Assembly: GCA_947628965.1 (NCBI GenBank) | Contig: CANRBV010000001.1 | Span: 41,225 to 105,224 of the forward strand | Reading direction: 5' to 3' | From: an uncultured Bacilli bacterium | GTDB lineage: Bacteria; Bacillota_I; Bacilli_A; RF39; UBA660 | Length of the DNA: 64,000 bases | In this document: positions 28,878 to 37,510 of the stretch, piece after piece | Position numbering within the stretch: position 1 is the stretch's first letter | Layout of the letters: the number at the start of each line of letters is the position of its first letter | Program-made: the position numbers and the translations under genes | Notes under the pieces: model-generated | What the model saw: the letters and a program-made list of their open reading frames with translations, nothing else | Told to the model about the DNA's origin: nothing | Databases searched by the model: none

Positions 28878-31163
28878 TTATCGATTTTTTTCTTTATATG
28901 ATATATCTCGTTTAATGGAATATAATTTTATTAATTGTTCATAACTTATTTGTATTACTTTTCCACCTTTAGGATTTATCTTATTTCCGAAAACAATCCA
29001 AATAACATCCATAGGAATATCAGGCATACTTGCTATTCCATCAGTAAATATTATTTTATTTTCAACTCTTTTAGTAAATGCGCGAACAGCTACATTAAAG
29101 TCAGTTCCACCATTTCCTTCAAGTCCTTCAAATCCCATATTTTCAATATCTGCTTCAGTTCTTATTTCGTGAAAGCCATAAAATTTCGTATCAAAACAGC
29201 CAACTTTTATCTTTGAGTACGGTAAGATATTTAAACATTCTCTTAAAAAATTTTTTAGCAATCTTTCATTTACAGAACCGCTTGTATCCAATAAAATTTC
29301 TGTTTCTGCCTTTGGTTGTTCTTCTAAATTAGCATGTATAACGTCGTCTTCAATATAGGCATTTTTATAAGACCAATCAACATCGTATTGAATTGGTTCT
29401 TTTAATATATATCTCCAATCTATTATCGGTTTAGATTTTCCTATATCATTTATGATTCTCTGTTCGCTATTAGTAGATGTTCCAGCTTCCATTGCTTCTT
29501 GAGATACAGTTTCTATTGCTTGTTGAGATAAAACTTGCTTTAATTCTTCTAATTCTTTTCTCTTTTCTTCTAAATTTTTTTTAAAAGCGCTTTTCTCGCC
29601 CATTTTACTAATTTTGCCTATCTCTTGTTGTAATCTTTTTTCTTGTTGATTTTGTTCTTCCATTTGTTGCTCATCATCTTGAAATTCTTTTTTATCTTTT
29701 GATTCAGCTTCTTTTAGTTTTTTTACTGCATCTTTCCACATACTATGAGTATCATGACCTACATCATCATTTTGTTCTTCAGAAGGAATTGATTCTGATG
29801 AAGAAGTTCCTTGCCCTTGTGATTGATTTTCATTTTGATTTTGAGATTCATCTAAAGAACTTTGGGATTGATCTTGTGATCTTTGTTCAGATGTGCCCTG
29901 TTGATTTTGTGATGAACTTGTTTGTTCCTCACTTTTCTCTTCATTTTGTTCATTAGATTGAGATTCTTTTTTATTTTTTGATACAGCTTCTTTTAATTTT
30001 TTTACTGCATCTTTCCACATACTATGAGTATCATGACTTACATTATCATTTTGTTCTTCAGAAGGAATTGATTCTGATGAAGAAGTTCCTTGCCCTTGTG
30101 ATTGATTTTCATTTTGATTTTGAGATTCATCTAAAGAACTTTGGGATTGATCTTGTGATCTTTGTTCAGATGTGCCCTGTTGATTTTGTGATGAACTTGT
30201 TTGTTCCTCACTTTTCTCTTCATTTTGTTCATTAGATTGAGATTCTTTTTTATTTTTTGATACAGCTTCTTTTAATTTTTTTACTGCATCTTTCCACATA
30301 CTATGAGTATCATGACTTACATTATCATTTTGTTCTTCAGAAGGAATTGATTCTGATGAAGAAGTTCCTTGCCCTTGACCTTGTTGTCCTTGTTTAGAAG
30401 ATGATGAACTTTGTTGATTTTGTTGTGAATTGGATTGTTCTTGATTTTGTTCTTCATTTTGAGTTTCAGAATTTTGCCCTTGTGATTGATTTTCGTTTTG
30501 TTTTTGAGAACCTTTTGAAGAACTTTGCCCTTGACCTTGTTGCCCTTGTTTAGAAGATGATGAACTTTGTTGATTTTGTTGTGAATTGGATTGTTCTTGA
30601 TTTTGTTCTTCATTTTGAGTTTCAGAATTTTGCCCTTGTGATTGATTTTCGTTTTGTTTTTGAGAATCTTTTGAAGAATTTTGCCCTTGATCTTGTTGTC
30701 CTTGTTCAGAAGATGATGAACTTTGTTGATTTTGTTGATTACCTTGACCATTTTGTCTTTTACTTTGTTGCTTTTCTTTAAGTAATTTATCATAAAACTC
30801 TTCTGCATCGTAATTTATTGCTTCTGCAATATCTACTACACCATCAACAAGTTTCAACCCATCTCGTTTTAAAAATTGATTTATTACACCATCTGTTGCT
30901 ATATTCCAAACATAAGGATCTTTATTTTCACTTCTTCTTATATGATCAAACGCTATATGGCATACCTCATGAGCAAATATAAAAATTTGTTCATCTGTGT
31001 TAAGATTTTTTAAAAATTCTAGATTATAAAATATCGTTTGTCCATCAGTACATGCAGTTGATATTTTTTTATTCTCTCTATAGTTTACATTTGCAACTAC
31101 ACTCCCAAAGAAAGGGTATTTTACAAGCATTTTTCTTTTTACAGATTCAATATTAAAGTCCAT
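28878..31163 (-). CDS. HExxH metallopeptidase-like N-domain + long Q/S/N/E-rich repeat region + C-terminal vWA domain (COG3864/DUF2201-like, MoxR partner)
   Basis: FIFAHEVCHIAFDH (HExxH); C-terminal LLDTSGS MIDAS (DxSxS) motif; sits with a MoxR-like AAA ATPase. Confidence 0.7.
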   Translation of the reverse strand: MDFNIESVKRKMLVKYPFFGSVVANVNYRENKKISTACTDGQTIFYNLEFLKNLNTDEQIFIFAHEVCHIAFDHIRRSENKDPYVWNIATDGVINQFLKRDGLKLVDGVVDIAEAINYDAEEFYDKLLKEKQQSKRQNGQGNQQNQQSSSSSEQGQQDQGQNSSKDSQKQNENQSQGQNSETQNEEQNQEQSNSQQNQQSSSSSKQGQQGQGQSSSKGSQKQNENQSQGQNSETQNEEQNQEQSNSQQNQQSSSSSKQGQQGQGQGTSSSESIPSEEQNDNVSHDTHSMWKDAVKKLKEAVSKNKKESQSNEQNEEKSEEQTSSSQNQQGTSEQRSQDQSQSSLDESQNQNENQSQGQGTSSSESIPSEEQNDNVSHDTHSMWKDAVKKLKEAVSKNKKESQSNEQNEEKSEEQTSSSQNQQGTSEQRSQDQSQSSLDESQNQNENQSQGQGTSSSESIPSEEQNDDVGHDTHSMWKDAVKKLKEAESKDKKEFQDDEQQMEEQNQQEKRLQQEIGKISKMGEKSAFKKNLEEKRKELEELKQVLSQQAIETVSQEAMEAGTSTNSEQRIINDIGKSKPIIDWRYILKEPIQYDVDWSYKNAYIEDDVIHANLEEQPKAETEILLDTSGSVNERLLKNFLRECLNILPYSKIKVGCFDTKFYGFHEIRTEADIENMGFEGLEGNGGTDFNVAVRAFTKRVENKIIFTDGIASMPDIPMDVIWIVFGNKINPKGGKVIQISYEQLIKLYSIKRDISYKEKNR
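29690..30790. repeat. Intragenic near-identical tandem repeats: 3 x 279 nt (about 29690-30370) and about 2.7 x 156 nt (about 30370-30790)
   Basis: Read in the DNA (gatacagcttcttttaatttttttactgcatctttccacatactatgag... at 29701/29980/30259; ccttgaccttgttg[t/c]ccttgtttagaag at 30373/30529/30685). Identical antisense ORFs offset by 279 nt in the track. Confidence 0.9.
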
Positions 31164-31173
31164 AATTTATTCC

Positions 31174-31569
31174 TCAAATATGAGCAACTAATGAATAAAT
31201 TTCTTCATTAATTGTTTCTTTATTTATATTTGTAGCTGTTAAAATGATTCTTGTGTTTTCTGGTATTTTAAATGTGGACACTTGTCTATACTCTAATAAT
31301 TCTTTAAATTTTAATTGCTCTTCTTTAGAGATACTATCAATATCTTTTATAACTATTATTTTAGCTTCATTTGTATTAGTTAAATCATAATACCATTTAG
31401 GAGCTAGGAAATCTACTCCCTCATAATAACCATTCAATTCTTTTGTTTCACAATTTGCTGGTATTATTACAGATTTTGGAATACTGATATTAGATGCAAA
31501 ATCAATAAGAATAGGAGCAACATTAATTGAAAGATAACTGTTTAACATATTCATTTTATCATTATTCAT
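31174..31569 (-). CDS. Hypothetical 131-aa protein, middle gene of the ATPase/vWA operon
   Basis: 4-nt overlap with the upstream ATPase gene; 10-nt gap to the vWA gene. Confidence 0.55.
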   Translation of the reverse strand: MNNDKMNMLNSYLSINVAPILIDFASNISIPKSVIIPANCETKELNGYYEGVDFLAPKWYYDLTNTNEAKIIVIKDIDSISKEEQLKFKELLEYRQVSTFKIPENTRIILTATNINKETINEEIYSLVAHI

Positions 31570-33494
31570 TTTTTTCTACCTCCCGCAGCAAGTCTGGCTT
31601 CAGCAATTAATTCTAGTCTAGATTCATCACCATGTGACCATAACGAATCAAATATTGCCCCAAACTCCGCTCCTAGACTTATTACGAAACTTCTTACTTT
31701 TGCCATATTTTTTTCGTCAACTTGAGAAAGACCCATTGTCGTAGCATATCTGGAGGCAGTATTTAATGATTGTATGTCTAGTCCACTATAGGTTCCATTT
31801 ATTACATCATTTAACGTTATAACTGGTTGATTGCAGAACTCTAAAAATTCTCTAGTTATATCTTCTCCCACTAAAGCTCTTAACATTCCTGGGCTTCCAG
31901 TAGCGTAAAGCATTTTAGAAGCCATTTCCCATTTTCTAGGATCAGCATTTGGCTTTACACCATTATATTGACTTCTTAATACTGCACCTTTTCTATAAGC
32001 TATATAGGAATAAATTGCAGGATGAATATTATGTTCACTTGCCCATTTTAACCATCCATCCGTTGTTGTTCTGATATATACATGTGCAAATCTATTAAAT
32101 AATGGTTCGGCTAATTGATTTGCTGATAAGGAATCTTTCATCTCATTACCAGCAGCAACTATTCTTGCATTATCTGGTAGTTGCCATATTCCATTTACTT
32201 CTCTATCCAAAATAATGTTAAAAGCTATTCCTTGAATACTAGGCAAAGCATTTGTTATCTCATCAAAGAAAACGATATGTAATTTATCAGGTTCTGCCTC
32301 ACATTTAGCTTCTAATTTTTTTAACCATGTAGGTTTTATATCAATCATTTCACCTTTTTCAGAATTATAAGCACTTTTTCCATTTAAACTTTCAGGTGTT
32401 GCATTTCTTAAATATATAATGACACAATCAGGGTCAATTTGTTTTACTCTTGCGCTTTTTCCTTCACTTGAAGCACCATGTAAAAATACAGGCACTCTAC
32501 TTGCAATTGCACCTTTAATAATTTCTTCTTCACTGACTTGTCCAAAATTAAATCCATAGGGATTGTTTTTTTCACTTCTTTCTGAATATTGATAAGAAGT
32601 ATTTTTTACTTTTTCAATTTCTTTTTGGTGCTGATTAGAAGTTTTGCCAGAATTTGCTTGTATCACTTTAGTTTTACTTGATACTATATCTCTTACAAAA
32701 TAAGTATTTAAAAAATCATACATATCTGTGCTGGTCCAATCAGAATCAGAATAAAAATAACCATCTTTATTAAATCTTATTCCCGATGCAATTATATTTT
32801 TGCTTAACATAACCTTTTTAAAATTATCAACATACCATTTAAGTGGAGATACCTCTATCCAAACAATATCTCCATTTTTATATTGTTCTCCATTTGAAAG
32901 TAAAGAAACACGTGGATTTCTATTATACACTCTTACATATTTTCTTCCATTATATTCAAATTCCTCATTTTTCATTGGGTAAAATCTTGTCAGTTTATCA
33001 TCGCATTTGATGGAATCCGTTGTATATGTTTTTCCAGTTTTTTTTAATATTGTACCAGATTGATATGCTTGTTCCAAATCATATTCCATAGATGAACTAA
33101 CGACATATTGTGGATATTCTCCATACTCTATTTCTACAAACCTATGTGGTAGTATTCTCGTTATTCCATTTGAAGAGTTAGATTGGTGAACGTCTAATAT
33201 AGTTGGGCGAACTCCATTTGTCCTAGTTCCAGCAGAAAATTTACTGATAGAACCATTTATATCAACAGCAAGTGGATTTCCTTGTCCATCAGAGCTCATT
33301 AAATTGTAATTACCTGTGTGCCCTTTTAAAGAATTATCATAATTTACATAAACATCTTCAGAAACGAAACCTCCTAATAATATAGCAAAATCTGTTATTG
33401 CACACTTTGCACCCATATTTTTTTTAATCATTCCATTAAAATCATAAATTTGTTCTGCATTAAGTAATGTAATTTCACCACTACCAAAATTCAT
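31566..33494 (-). CDS. MoxR-like AAA ATPase with an uncharacterised ~320-aa N-terminal domain
   Basis: Walker A GASSEGKS; Walker B IVFFDEITNA; AAGNE sensor region; no recognisable motif in the N-terminal half. Confidence 0.65.
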   Translation of the reverse strand: MNFGSGEITLLNAEQIYDFNGMIKKNMGAKCAITDFAILLGGFVSEDVYVNYDNSLKGHTGNYNLMSSDGQGNPLAVDINGSISKFSAGTRTNGVRPTILDVHQSNSSNGITRILPHRFVEIEYGEYPQYVVSSSMEYDLEQAYQSGTILKKTGKTYTTDSIKCDDKLTRFYPMKNEEFEYNGRKYVRVYNRNPRVSLLSNGEQYKNGDIVWIEVSPLKWYVDNFKKVMLSKNIIASGIRFNKDGYFYSDSDWTSTDMYDFLNTYFVRDIVSSKTKVIQANSGKTSNQHQKEIEKVKNTSYQYSERSEKNNPYGFNFGQVSEEEIIKGAIASRVPVFLHGASSEGKSARVKQIDPDCVIIYLRNATPESLNGKSAYNSEKGEMIDIKPTWLKKLEAKCEAEPDKLHIVFFDEITNALPSIQGIAFNIILDREVNGIWQLPDNARIVAAGNEMKDSLSANQLAEPLFNRFAHVYIRTTTDGWLKWASEHNIHPAIYSYIAYRKGAVLRSQYNGVKPNADPRKWEMASKMLYATGSPGMLRALVGEDITREFLEFCNQPVITLNDVINGTYSGLDIQSLNTASRYATTMGLSQVDEKNMAKVRSFVISLGAEFGAIFDSLWSHGDESRLELIAEARLAAGGRKK

Positions 33495-33804
33495 ATTTCA
33501 CCTCGTTCGCATATCATTTACATATATTTTACCATAAAATATTTAATAATAATATGTCAAAAAGTATAGTTTACAAAAATAAAGTAAAATATAGGAAATA
33601 AAATTAAAATTGACTTGATTTATGATTTTTTTGTTCTTCTTTATTTTTGAATAAAACTAAAATCTCGTTAATAACTATATTTTTATTGTGTAAATTTCAA
33701 ATTCTGTATCATTCTATTTATGATGTTACTAAAAAATACACAAAAAAATGTTATATCGGTATTTATTGATATAACATTTTAAGTGTTTAGTTTAAAGCAT
33801 TCTA

Positions 33805-36177
33805 TTATTTATCTCTTAATTTTGCTTTAAATGTTTCTTCTACTTTTTTTATTATTGCATTAAAAACTTCCATTACTTCTTCTTCTTGTAAAGTTCTTGT
33901 TTCATCTTTAAAGGTTAATTTATAAGCAATAGATTTTTTACCCTTTTCTATTTCAGGATATAAATCAAATACTTCACAAGTTGATAATATTCTTTTTCCC
34001 GTGTGAACAATTTCTTTTTTAATGCTTTCACTATCAATTTCGTTCGCTACAATAAAAGCTACATCTTTTACAATTTCTGGATATTTATTTGCTTCTTTAT
34101 ATTTTATAGGTTTAATACTTGCTTGATCTAAAATATTCATAGAAAGTTCACAAACAAAAAGTTCTTCTTTTAAAATATTTGGGTGTATTTTACCAATAAT
34201 ACCTACTCTTTTCTTATCTAGATAAATACTTGCACTAACTCCTGGATGTAAGGAATCTATTTCTTCACTTACAAAAGAAAAACGATTTTTAAAACCTAAG
34301 TAGGTAAGTAAGTTTTCAACTATTCCTTTTAATAAATAAAAGTCTGCTTTAATATTTATTCTTTGCCATTCATTTGTTAGATAGTTTCCTTTCATTAAAA
34401 TTGCTATTTTTGTTGTTTCATTAAAATCTTTATCATAAGTTTTAGCAATTTCATAAATATTGACATCCTTAACGTTTCTCTTTTTATTATATTCGTAGGT
34501 ATTTAATAAAGAGGGTAAAATGCTTGTACGAATAATACTTTTATCAACACTCATTGCATTTGGTAAAGTAATTGGTTCTTTTTGATCATAACAAAATAAT
34601 TTAGCCATTTCAGGACTAATTAAGGTATATGTTTTTACTTCGTTTAAACCAAGTGTTCTTAAACGTTTAGAAATTTCTTTTCGTATTTTAACATCTCCAA
34701 CATATTCTCCCATTCTAGTACTGGCAGTAGGCAAAGTAGAAATTAAGTTATGATAACCATAAAGTCTTCCAATTTCTTCAGCAATGTCGTTTACATTTGC
34801 ATCAATATCTAATCTCCTACTTGGAATTGTTACCATAAATACATCTTTTTCTAAAGTATAAGGAAAACCTAAACGATCCAATTCTTTTTCCATATCTTTT
34901 GTTTCAATAACTATACCAAGCATTTTATTTACATCTTCGGCTTTAAAATTAACTATTTTTGGTGTTTTATCGATTACATCATGTTTTACAGTATCCTTTA
35001 GTATAGTTGCATTAGCGTATTTTTCAAGTAAATGACAAGCTCGGTTAATAGCCATATTTGTATACTCATAACTTAAACCTTTTCCATAGCGAATAGATGC
35101 TTCGCTTTTTAAATTCAAATGACTTGCTGTATTTCGAATAGAAACAGCATCAAAAATTGCACTTTCTATTAAGATTGTTTTCGTATTTTCATCAACTTCA
35201 GTATTTTCTCCCCCCATAACTCCAGCGATACAAACTGGTTTATCGCCATCGGTAATTACAATATCGCTTGATTTTAAAGTTCTCTTTTTACCATCCAAAG
35301 TAACAATTTGTTCGTTTTCCTTAGCATCACGTACTAAAATATGATCTTTTAATTTCTCCTTATCAAAAAAATGAAGAGGTTGTCCAAATTCAAGCATAAC
35401 ATAGTTAGAAATATCAACAACATTATTAATTGGGCGCATTCCAGCAGCAGTAAGTCTTTTTTTAATAAATTCTGGACTTTCTTTAATTTCAACATTTGTT
35501 ACCATTTTGGCAAGATAATAAGGGCATTTTTTAGTTTCGACTTCTAATTTAAAATGATTTTTTATAGAATCACTATTTTCTTTATATTCTAGATTTGGTA
35601 ATGTTACTTTTTTATTTAGAATAGAAGCAATTTCATATGCGAAACCAATATGATAAAAACAATCATTATTACGATGTTTATGAATATCTAGTTCATACAA
35701 AGTATCATCATAACCTAAATATTTTAGTGCATCTACACCAACTGATGCTTTATTATCAACTTCATAAATTCCTTTTTGATAATTTTCTTCTGTTTTTTCT
35801 TCTAGTCCTAATTCAAATAAAGCGCAAAGCATACCATTGGATTCTACCCCACGAATTGTACTCTTTTTTATTTCAAAATCTCCAGGAAGTATTGCTCCTG
35901 GCAAAGCAACAATCACTTTTAAACCTGCTTTTACATTTGGGGCTCCACATACAATTTGGTAAGTCTCTTTTTCATTTACTTTTACTTGGCAAATATGCAA
36001 ATGGTCGCTATCTGGATGCGGTAGACATTCTAAAACTTCTCCAATTACTAAATGATCAATATGGTTCGTTATTACTTTTTCTACATTAATTCCAGCTTTC
36101 GTAATTTTTACTGCTAATTCTTTTAAATCCTCATCTTTAATATCTACATAATCACTTACCCACTCTAAACTAATCAT
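33805..36177 (-). CDS. pheT: Phenylalanine--tRNA ligase beta subunit
   Basis: MISLEWVSDYVD N-terminus; tRNA-binding, B3/4, B5 and FDX-ACB layout; follows pheS. Confidence 0.9.
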   Translation of the reverse strand: MISLEWVSDYVDIKDEDLKELAVKITKAGINVEKVITNHIDHLVIGEVLECLPHPDSDHLHICQVKVNEKETYQIVCGAPNVKAGLKVIVALPGAILPGDFEIKKSTIRGVESNGMLCALFELGLEEKTEENYQKGIYEVDNKASVGVDALKYLGYDDTLYELDIHKHRNNDCFYHIGFAYEIASILNKKVTLPNLEYKENSDSIKNHFKLEVETKKCPYYLAKMVTNVEIKESPEFIKKRLTAAGMRPINNVVDISNYVMLEFGQPLHFFDKEKLKDHILVRDAKENEQIVTLDGKKRTLKSSDIVITDGDKPVCIAGVMGGENTEVDENTKTILIESAIFDAVSIRNTASHLNLKSEASIRYGKGLSYEYTNMAINRACHLLEKYANATILKDTVKHDVIDKTPKIVNFKAEDVNKMLGIVIETKDMEKELDRLGFPYTLEKDVFMVTIPSRRLDIDANVNDIAEEIGRLYGYHNLISTLPTASTRMGEYVGDVKIRKEISKRLRTLGLNEVKTYTLISPEMAKLFCYDQKEPITLPNAMSVDKSIIRTSILPSLLNTYEYNKKRNVKDVNIYEIAKTYDKDFNETTKIAILMKGNYLTNEWQRINIKADFYLLKGIVENLLTYLGFKNRFSFVSEEIDSLHPGVSASIYLDKKRVGIIGKIHPNILKEELFVCELSMNILDQASIKPIKYKEANKYPEIVKDVAFIVANEIDSESIKKEIVHTGKRILSTCEVFDLYPEIEKGKKSIAYKLTFKDETRTLQEEEVMEVFNAIIKKVEETFKAKLRDK

Positions 36178-37222
36178 TATTTTTCTCCCTTCTATCAAAA
36201 TCTCTTATTTCTCTTAAATCAGTTTGATAAAATGTGCGAATATCACTAATGCCATATTTAAGCATTGCAAGTCGTTCTGCTCCAAAACCAAATGCAAAAC
36301 CACTCCATATATTTGGATCATAGCCACAATTTTTCAAAACATTAGGATGTACAATTCCAGCACCACTTACTGTAATCCATCCTGTATTTTTACATAAAGA
36401 ACAACCTTTTCCTTTGCAAGCAAAGCAAGAAATATCTGTTTCTACAGAAGGCTCGGTAAATTGGTAATAACTTGGTCTAAAGCGAACTTCACAACTTGAA
36501 CCAAATAATTTTTTAAAAATAGCATCCATTGTACCTTTTAAATCTGAAAGACTAACATTTTTATCGACAAGCAAACCTTCAATTTGCATAAATTGATGCG
36601 AATGGGTTGCATCATCATCATCTCTACGATACGTTTTTCCAGGGCAAATCATACGAATTGGCTTATCTCCACCCGCTTTAAGCATGGTTCTTGCTTGCAC
36701 TGGAGAAGTTTGACTACGCAACAAAATTTCTTCTTCTTTTATATAAAATGTATCTTGAGCATCTCTTGCAGGATGACCCTTTGGTATATTTAACAATTCA
36801 AAATTAAAACGATCTTCCTCTATTTCTGGTCCATCCACTACATCATAGCCCATAGACATACAAATATTTTCTATTTCTTCAATAATGTGTTCTAAGATAT
36901 TAGGTGCACCTAAAGGTATCTTTACTCCTGGTAAAGTAATATCAATTTTTTCCTTTTCCAACTTTTCTTTAATTTCTAAATCCTCATAATACCTTATTTT
37001 TTCTTCAATTTGAGAAGTAATTTCATTTTTTAAATCATTTAATATTTTTCCAAATTCTCTTTTCTCTTCATTATTTAATTCTTTTAAATGCATTGTTAAT
37101 TCATTAATAGGGCCTTTTTTTCCTAAATATAAAATTTTTAACTCATTCACTTCTTTTAAATTTGTTGCTTTTTCAATATTTGTTAAAGCTTGTTCTTTTA
37201 ATTTTTTTACTTTTTCATTCAT
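36170..37222 (-). CDS. pheS: Phenylalanine--tRNA ligase alpha subunit
   Basis: Class II aaRS motifs (HPARD, FRPSYYQFTEPS, GFAFGFGAERLAML); start set at MNEKVKK with GGAGG RBS. The longer track ORF runs through the leader terminator. Confidence 0.9.
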   Translation of the reverse strand: MNEKVKKLKEQALTNIEKATNLKEVNELKILYLGKKGPINELTMHLKELNNEEKREFGKILNDLKNEITSQIEEKIRYYEDLEIKEKLEKEKIDITLPGVKIPLGAPNILEHIIEEIENICMSMGYDVVDGPEIEEDRFNFELLNIPKGHPARDAQDTFYIKEEEILLRSQTSPVQARTMLKAGGDKPIRMICPGKTYRRDDDDATHSHQFMQIEGLLVDKNVSLSDLKGTMDAIFKKLFGSSCEVRFRPSYYQFTEPSVETDISCFACKGKGCSLCKNTGWITVSGAGIVHPNVLKNCGYDPNIWSGFAFGFGAERLAMLKYGISDIRTFYQTDLREIRDFDRREKNND

Positions 37223-37239
37223 TTTTTCTTCCTCCTTAA

Positions 37240-37480
37240 AATTAAAAAAGCCCCTTACAAATGTAAGGGACGAAATATAATCCGCGGTACCACCCAAATT
37301 CTAGAAATTTTCTAGCACTTATTTTAGATTTAACGCATCTGTACGATAAAATTAAAGCAAGTGAATTTCGCATTTATTCTTTATCTTTAGATAGTTTCAG
37401 CGTACCCTATCTAATCTCTGTTTGAAGATAGAATAAATCTACTTAAAATTGCTCTCAAACATTTTATTGAGTTTATTATA
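37240..37480 (-). promoter_or_regulatory. T-box riboswitch leader of pheST with intrinsic terminator (37244-37269)
   Basis: T-box conserved sequence AAUUUGGGUGGUACCGCGG on the minus strand (37282-37300); followed by cccuuaca-uuu-uguaaggg hairpin + U-run; ends immediately 5' of pheS. Confidence 0.8.
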
Positions 37481-37510
37481 GCACATAAATTTCATTTAAG
37501 TACAATCTTT

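Noticed and set aside
29699-30235. Two identical 85-aa + strand ORFs (29699-29956, 29978-30235), plus a 93-aa ORF at 28935-29216
   Set aside because: They are antisense read-throughs of the 279-nt tandem repeat units inside the vWA gene. Their identity reflects the repeat, not gene duplication.
29690-30790. Possible CRISPR array suggested by regularly spaced identical sequence
   Set aside because: Units are 279 and 156 nt with no unique spacers, and are in-frame coding sequence of one protein. Not a CRISPR array.
30317-30808. K-rich 163-aa minus-strand ORF and 74-aa + strand ORF overlapping the repeats
   Set aside because: Alternative-frame artefacts of the low-complexity repeat tract; no RBS; they overlap the well-supported vWA reading frame.
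36170-37297. 375-aa pheS ORF extending to 37297
   Set aside because: The extension reads through the T-box terminator hairpin. Start re-assigned to MNEKVKK at 37222, which has a GGAGG RBS.
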